Below, one piece after another: positions 29,389 through 34,976 of a stretch of DNA of 34,976 bases (positions are counted from its first letter, which is position 1; every line of letters begins with the position of its first letter). The stretch comes from Pedobacter sp. (GTDB lineage: Bacteria; Desulfobacterota; Desulfuromonadia; Desulfuromonadales; Syntrophotaleaceae). The notes under the pieces were generated by a model. That model searched no databases and was not told the DNA's origin. It saw nothing but the letters and a program-made list of their open reading frames with translations. Made by a program: the position numbers and the translations under genes. The stretch spans positions 1-34,976 of the forward strand of contig JBFWJC010000010.1 of NCBI GenBank assembly GCA_050253415.1, read 5' to 3'.

Positions 29389-31275
29389 CTACCCGAAAAG
29401 CTCCCGTACTATTTTTTCCGCCAGTTCTTCCGGGCTGGCTTCGGCACCATTGACGGTGATTTCGGGGCTTTCCGGTGCTTCGTAGGCGGAGTCTATACCG
29501 GTGAAGTTTTTAAGTTGACCTGAGCGGGCTTTTTTATACAACCCTTTGGGATCGCGTTGCTCGCAAACTTCCAGGGGAGTGTTCACAAATATCTCGACAA
29601 ACTCCCCTTGTTCTACCAGATCCCTTGCCAGTTGCCGTTCGCTTTTGAAGGGCGAGATAAACGATACAAGCACTACAAGACCTGCATCTACGAATAGTTT
29701 GGCGGTCTCCGCAACGCGGCGAATGTTTTCAACGCGATCGGCATCGGTGAATCCAAGGTCGCGGTTAAGACCGTGGCGCACGTTGTCGCCATCGAGGATG
29801 TAGCTGTGTTTGCCCATGGAGTGGAGTTTTTTCTCCACAAGGTTGGCGATGGTCGATTTGCCGGATCCGGAAAGTCCGGTAAACCACAGCACGCGAGGCT
29901 TTTGCCCTTTTTGCTCGGCACGGGACTTTTTATCGATATCGATAGACTGCCAGTGGATGTTGCTGGCACGCCGCAAGGGAAAGTCGATCATGCCGGCGCC
30001 TACGGTGGCGTTGGTAAACCGATCGATGAGGATAAAACTGCCGGTGGCGCGATTTTCCTGGTAGGGATCGAAGGAAAGGGCTTTGCTGAGACTGAAATTA
30101 CAAACCCCTACCTCGTTGAGTTGCAGGGTTTTGCCTGGCTCATGTTGCAAGGTATTGACGTTGACCTTGTATTTCAGTTCGCTGATCTGGGCAGGCAGTG
30201 TGGTGGAACCAATTTTGATCAGATAACTGCGACCAGGCAGCAAAGGCACTTCGTGCATCCAGACAAGATGTGCCCTGAACTGATCCGCATGGGTCGGCCT
30301 GGCCAGGGGATCCGCAAGCAGATCGCCTCGACTGATATCGATTTCATCGGAGAGGGTCAAAGTCACAGCCTGCCCTCCGACAGCTTGCGGCAGATCGCCA
30401 TCCATCGTCACGATGCGCGCAACGGTGCTTTTTTGCCCGGACGACGGCACCACCACTTCATCACCGGGACGCAGGGTACCGGAAGCTATAGTGCCTGCAA
30501 AGCCGCGAAAATCGAGATTAGGACGATTCACCATTTGCACTGCCATGCGAAAAGGCTTGTTCGCTACGTCATCGTCTATTTGAACCGTTTCCAGATACTG
30601 CAGCAGCGTCGGACCCTGATACCAGGAGGTATGACCGTTGGCATCGATGACATTGTCACCGCGCAGGGCTGAAATGGGTATGGCCGTGATCTGCCCGAAG
30701 CCAAGGTCTTTGGCGAATGCTTCGTATTCTTCGCGGATGGCATGAAAGCGGCTGGCGGAATAATCGACCAAATCCATTTTGTTAATGGCGAGTACCACAT
30801 TGCGAATCCCGACCAGCGACACAAGATAGCTATGACGCCTGGTCTGGGTCAAAATACCTTTACGGGCATCAATGAGAATCACGGCCACATCGGCGGTGGA
30901 AGCCCCGGTGACCATGTTGCGTGTGTACTGCTCGTGACCGGGGGTATCGGCAACGATAAATTTACGCTTGTCGGTGGAAAAGAAACGATAGGCCACATCG
31001 ATGGTAATGCCCTGCTCCCGCTCAGCCTGCAGCCCGTCGAGTAAAAGTGCATAGTCGACATCTTCACCTTGGGTGCCTACCCTTTTGCTGTCGGCCTCCA
31101 AAGCGGCGAGCTGATCTTCAAAGATCAGCTTTGAATCCCACAACAAACGGCCGATGAGGGTACTCTTTCCGTCATCAACGCTACCGCAGGTTATAAAGCG
31201 CAGCATCGATTTTTCTTCTTGTTGTTTCAGATATTTGTGGATGTCGGATGCTATTAACTCAGATTGGTGGGACAT
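29389..31275 (-). CDS. cysNC: Sulfate adenylyltransferase subunit 1 fused to adenylylsulfate kinase (CysN/CysC, NodQ-like)
   Basis: [42 protein letters not shown]-terminal [26 protein letters not shown]. Start at ATG 31275 with GGAG RBS. Confidence 0.96.
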   Translation of the reverse strand: MSHQSELIASDIHKYLKQQEEKSMLRFITCGSVDDGKSTLIGRLLWDSKLIFEDQLAALEADSKRVGTQGEDVDYALLLDGLQAEREQGITIDVAYRFFSTDKRKFIVADTPGHEQYTRNMVTGASTADVAVILIDARKGILTQTRRHSYLVSLVGIRNVVLAINKMDLVDYSASRFHAIREEYEAFAKDLGFGQITAIPISALRGDNVIDANGHTSWYQGPTLLQYLETVQIDDDVANKPFRMAVQMVNRPNLDFRGFAGTIASGTLRPGDEVVVPSSGQKSTVARIVTMDGDLPQAVGGQAVTLTLSDEIDISRGDLLADPLARPTHADQFRAHLVWMHEVPLLPGRSYLIKIGSTTLPAQISELKYKVNVNTLQHEPGKTLQLNEVGVCNFSLSKALSFDPYQENRATGSFILIDRFTNATVGAGMIDFPLRRASNIHWQSIDIDKKSRAEQKGQKPRVLWFTGLSGSGKSTIANLVEKKLHSMGKHSYILDGDNVRHGLNRDLGFTDADRVENIRRVAETAKLFVDAGLVVLVSFISPFKSERQLARDLVEQGEFVEIFVNTPLEVCEQRDPKGLYKKARSGQLKNFTGIDSAYEAPESPEITVNGAEASPEELAEKIVRELFG

Positions 31276-31296
31276 ATTGAAATCTCCGATTTCAAT

Positions 31297-31331
31297 AGCT
31301 TCAAGCCTCAAGCTTCAAGCCATAAGTTTAA
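31297..31331. repeat. Left heptamer arm (AGCTTCA type) of four-helix-bundle cassette 2
   Basis: agcttca agcctca agcttca agccata agtttaa. Confidence 0.82.
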
Positions 31332-31342
31332 ATTCCATAGAT

Positions 31343-31687
31343 TCAAGGACGATCTATGGATTTCATTAATCCTGTCAACATGGAGGATATTTCGCGGGTT
31401 TCACTCAACCAATCTTGTGCAACCGATTTCATTATGTAATCAATATCCATTCCGATATAAATCTGTGTTCGTAATTCTGCACAAGAAGCTCTCGCTATAT
31501 TGAGAAAATGAAGTTTTTCCTTATCGGAAACCCTTTCCATACCTTCAGCAATATTACTCGGCACCGAAAGACCGGAGCGAGTTATCTGATCCTTGAAACC
31601 AAAATCTCTCAAGTCTGCTAGTTGGCGATAAATATCTGCAGATAATTCACGTGACCTCTTCCAAACCAAAAGCTTTTCAAAGTCCAT
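31343..31687 (-). CDS. Four helix bundle protein (23S rRNA intervening-sequence protein / Avd-like family), paralogue 2
   Basis: 114 aa: FEKLLVWKRS, DFGFKDQITRSGLSVPSNIAEG.ER, FLNIARASCAELRTQ. Confidence 0.93.
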   Translation of the reverse strand: MDFEKLLVWKRSRELSADIYRQLADLRDFGFKDQITRSGLSVPSNIAEGMERVSDKEKLHFLNIARASCAELRTQIYIGMDIDYIMKSVAQDWLSETREISSMLTGLMKSIDRP

Positions 31688-31715
31688 TTTCTTTCCTTAA
31701 AAGAAGCCACAATCT

Positions 31716-31757
31716 TTTAGCTTACAGCTTGTAGCTGATGGCTTGAAGCTTGGAACT
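31716..31757. repeat. Right (inverted) heptamer arm (TGAAGCT type) of four-helix-bundle cassette 2
   Basis: tttagct tacagct tgtagct gatggct tgaagct tggaact. Confidence 0.82.
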
Positions 31758-31783
31758 AACAGGAAGGTTATTTCGGATCCTGA

Positions 31784-32689
31784 TCAGAAATAACCTTCCT
31801 GTTTCTTCTTCTCCATCGACCCGGCCTGATCGTGGTCGATGAGGCGGCCCTGGCGTTCGGAGGTGCGGGTCAGGAGCATCTCCTGGATGATTTCCGGCAG
31901 GGTGTCGGCGGTCGATTCAACGGCGGCGGTCAGGGGGTAGCAGCCCAGGGTACGGAAGCGTACGGATTTCATCTCTACCTTTTCCCCCGGCTTGAGTTCC
32001 AGGCGATCATCATCGACCAGGATCAACATGCCGTCGCGCTTTACCACGGGGCGCTCCTTGGAGTAGTACAGGGGCACGATGGGGATTTGCTCAAGGTAGA
32101 TATATTGCCAAATATCGAGTTCGGTCCAGTTGGACAGCGGAAAGGCACGGATACTCTCCCCCTGGCTGACTTTAGCATTATAAAGGTTCCAGAGCTCGGG
32201 GCGTTGGCTCTTGGGGTCCCAGCGGTGAGTGGCGGTACGAAAGGAAAAAATCCGTTCTTTGGCACGGGACTTTTCCTCGTCGCGTCGCGCGCCGCCAAAG
32301 GCGGCATCGAACTTGTATTTATCCAGGGCCTGTTTGAGGCCCTCTGTCTTCATGACGTCGGTGTACAATGCCGACCCATGGGTAAAGGGGGAGATCCCAC
32401 GATTGACGCCATCTTCGTTGGTATGGATAAGCAGATCAAAGCCGTATTCCGCAGCAAGGTTGTCGCGAAATTCGATCATTTCCCGGAACTTCCAGGTAGT
32501 ATCGACATGCATCAATGGAAAAGGCGGACGAGCCGGATAAAAGGCCTTACGCGCCAGGTGCAGCATTACGGAGGAATCTTTACCGATAGAATACAGCATC
32601 ACCGGATTGTCGAATTCTGCGGCGACTTCGCGAATAATATGGATACTTTCCGCCTCGAGTTGGCGAAGATGGGTCATGTTCACTGTCAT
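31784..32689 (-). CDS. cysD: Sulfate adenylyltransferase subunit 2
   Basis: [58 protein letters not shown]. Confidence 0.97.
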   Translation of the reverse strand: MTVNMTHLRQLEAESIHIIREVAAEFDNPVMLYSIGKDSSVMLHLARKAFYPARPPFPLMHVDTTWKFREMIEFRDNLAAEYGFDLLIHTNEDGVNRGISPFTHGSALYTDVMKTEGLKQALDKYKFDAAFGGARRDEEKSRAKERIFSFRTATHRWDPKSQRPELWNLYNAKVSQGESIRAFPLSNWTELDIWQYIYLEQIPIVPLYYSKERPVVKRDGMLILVDDDRLELKPGEKVEMKSVRFRTLGCYPLTAAVESTADTLPEIIQEMLLTRTSERQGRLIDHDQAGSMEKKKQEGYF

Positions 32690-32745
32690 ACTACTTCCTT
32701 TTTTGGAATACTCAGCATATCGATGGAGCTTATTTCATAACTATA

Positions 32746-32861
32746 ATGGTACGCGGATCACATCTGATGCGCGCGGATTTACACGGATTAAACCCAGAAA
32801 ACTATGACTTTGGTTTAAATCATATTGTTATCCGGCTATTACCGTGGCATCCGCGTACGAT
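32746..32861. repeat. 10-nt-period palindromic element between the permease and cysD
   Basis: atggtacgcggatcacatctgatgcgcgcggatttacacggattaa ... atccgcgtacgat; left arm nearly identical to 2369-2408. Confidence 0.85.
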
Positions 32862-32917
32862 GGTCTTTGTATCATTTTCTTTTTATCGCAAGTTATCTTA
32901 TACGTTTGATACAGCTG

Positions 32918-34696
32918 CTAGAACCCCCACACCCTCGGTATAACAATCAGAGCCACTGTCATAAAAATGAGATTCAACGGAATCCCCAGTTTAAGGAAAT
33001 CGGTGAACTTGTATCCACCTGGGCCGTAAACCATCAGGTTGGTCTGATAGCCTATGGGAGTAGCAAAACTTGCTGAGGCGGCGACGGCAATGGCTACGGC
33101 AAAGGGCATGGGATTAAGGCCCTGTTTTTCGGCAACAGCCATGGCGATGGGGAAAATCAGGGCGGCTGCGGCATTGTTGGTAATAAGTTCTGTCAGCAGC
33201 GATGTCACAAGGTAAACAGCTGCGAGCAAACCTAAAGGCCCCCAATTCTGCACAGTCTCTATGACATAGCCGGCCAAATATCCTGCCGCGCCGGTTTTTT
33301 CCAGGGCACGACTGATCCCCAAAGCGGCGGCAATGACGATCAATACATTAAGCTCAATGGAACGTCGGGCTTCAACGACAGTAACACATTTGGTTACGAT
33401 GAGAATAATGGCAGATAAGATGGCGGCCTTCAGAATGTCCAACGTTCCCGAAGCCGACAGCACTACCATACCTGCTAAAACCGCAATGCTGATAATCGAT
33501 TTCCTGCGGAACACTTTTGGGATATCGACCACCTTGGATACCATATAAAATTCGCGGGAATAGTTCCATCGCTTGACAAAGTCATCCCCGGCCAATAACA
33601 ACAGGGTATCTCCCGGCCGCAACACAATCTTGCCGAGGTTATCTGTCAGGCATTCTCCGTGGCGATGAACCGCCAATATGGCGGCATCATACCTGGCGCG
33701 AAAATTCCCTTCTTTTATGGTTCTGCCGAGCATCGGAGAAGATCGTGACACTACCGCTTCCAGGATACGTCCTTTACCGCTGTTTCGCAGTGCAAGACAG
33801 AATTCTTTTTCGTGGCCGGGGACCAGGCCGGGAATGTTATGCAGGCGCAGAATGGAATCGACACGCCCGGTGAAAAACAGTTGATCTCTGGCCTGCAAAA
33901 CGTCGGTAGGACGCACGGGAGCCACAAGATTCCCATTGCGTAGAATCTGGGCAAGATATAATTGACCAAGATTTCGTAAACCGGCCTCTTCAACGGTTTT
34001 ACCTGCCAGGGAACTTCCTGCCTGGACTTTCATTTCCAGAAAATACTCGCGCCCTGCCCCATTTTGGATATTTTCGGCCAGATCTTTACGCTCAGGAAGC
34101 AGACGGAACCCGAACAGCAGCATAAAGGCAATTCCGGCTACGGCACAGGGCAACCCCACCCAGGCCAGCTCGAACATGCCGAAACTCAGCTGTGTTGCTT
34201 GATACAGCATACCGTTGACGACCAGGTTGGTGGATGTGCCGATGAGAGTACAAATCCCACCGAAAATGGAGGCATAGGAAAGGGGAATCAGGAATTTACT
34301 GGGAGAGAAACGGTGTTTCAGTGCCCAGTCGCGAATGGTTGGGGTAAACATCGCCACGATAGGCGTGTTGTTGAGAAAAGCCGACATACCGAAAACGGGT
34401 GTCATCATTCGGACCAGGGACCGGCGTCCGCCGCCGCTTTGCCCCATCACCCTATCGGCAAAAAAAGAAAGAATTCCGGAGGATTGCGCCGCATAGGCAA
34501 CGATAAAAAGAAGCCCTACTGTCAACATTCCGGGATTCGAGAAGCCTGCAAAGGCTTCACTTGGAGACAATACATCACCCAACAAAAGCAATCCCAGTGC
34601 CGAAAAAACGATGATATCCGGTGCCAATATCTCAAAGGCCAGAGTTATCAGCATCATACAAACAATGACCAATGTGAATATTGCAGCGCCTGTCAT
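32918..34696 (-). CDS. SLC13/DASS-family permease with two TrkA-C (RCK_C) domains, probably an anion (sulfate?) transporter
   Basis: GFSN, SAFLNNTPIVA, GGICTLIGTSTNL, central RCK_C-like repeats, TELITNNAAA, FATPIGYQTNLMV. Confidence 0.88.
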   Translation of the reverse strand: MTGAAIFTLVIVCMMLITLAFEILAPDIIVFSALGLLLLGDVLSPSEAFAGFSNPGMLTVGLLFIVAYAAQSSGILSFFADRVMGQSGGGRRSLVRMMTPVFGMSAFLNNTPIVAMFTPTIRDWALKHRFSPSKFLIPLSYASIFGGICTLIGTSTNLVVNGMLYQATQLSFGMFELAWVGLPCAVAGIAFMLLFGFRLLPERKDLAENIQNGAGREYFLEMKVQAGSSLAGKTVEEAGLRNLGQLYLAQILRNGNLVAPVRPTDVLQARDQLFFTGRVDSILRLHNIPGLVPGHEKEFCLALRNSGKGRILEAVVSRSSPMLGRTIKEGNFRARYDAAILAVHRHGECLTDNLGKIVLRPGDTLLLLAGDDFVKRWNYSREFYMVSKVVDIPKVFRRKSIISIAVLAGMVVLSASGTLDILKAAILSAIILIVTKCVTVVEARRSIELNVLIVIAAALGISRALEKTGAAGYLAGYVIETVQNWGPLGLLAAVYLVTSLLTELITNNAAAALIFPIAMAVAEKQGLNPMPFAVAIAVAASASFATPIGYQTNLMVYGPGGYKFTDFLKLGIPLNLIFMTVALIVIPRVWGF

Positions 34697-34734
34697 GCGA
34701 AATACTTTTGGTTGTTAAGGGTCATATAAAAGGC

Positions 34735-34976
34735 TGTAACTAGTGATTCGTGATTGGCTTTCACAGCAAACCCGCTCAATTCATGGACTCGCAAGAGCCT
34801 ACAAAAAGAGAATAAGGCTTAAAAGTTTTAGGTTCTCCACCGGTCACCAGTCACCAGTCACCAGTCACCAGTCACCAGTCACCAGTCACCAGTCACCAGT
34901 CACCAGTCACCAGTCACCAGTCACCAGTCACCAGTCACCAGTCACCAGTCACCAGTCACCAGTCACCAGTCACCAG
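34735..34976. repeat. Heptamer element: short RGTGATT arm plus perfect (AGTCACC)x18 array truncated by the window end
   Basis: tgtaact agtgatt cgtgatt (34735-34755); ggtcacc (34842-34848) then 18 exact AGTCACC from 34849. Confidence 0.95.

Overview
A 35-kb bacterial contig, probably a Desulfuromonadales-type deltaproteobacterium (inferred from gene style, not proven). Almost all genes lie on the minus strand and form one Wzx/Wzy-type surface-polysaccharide (O-antigen/EPS) region. In transcription order it holds an SLC13/TrkA-C permease, cysD and cysNC, two galE paralogues, glmS and wecB. An AT-rich variable block follows (wzx, nitroreductase, pyruvyl transferase, glycosyltransferases, wzy-like gene, oxidoreductase pair). 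Then come rmlBDAC, manC, a beta-CASP metallo-hydrolase, a wecA-like gene and tRNA-Leu(CAG). The most striking unexplained structure is a layer of periodic inverted repeats tied to small genes. (1) Two four-helix-bundle (23S-IVP/Avd-like) genes are each bracketed by inverted 7-nt-period arrays, each gene with its own heptamer (RGTGAYT versus AGCTTCA). The RGTGAYT family also forms gene-less hairpin copies, perfect arrays at both contig ends, and in-frame insertions inside manC and the beta-CASP gene that avoid stop codons. (2) A GxxExxY (PD-(D/E)XK-like) gene is bracketed by two ~113-bp palindromic elements built from 10-nt-period CGCAGAT units, with further copies at other gene junctions. A 54-aa zinc-ribbon ORF absent from the ORF track was also found.
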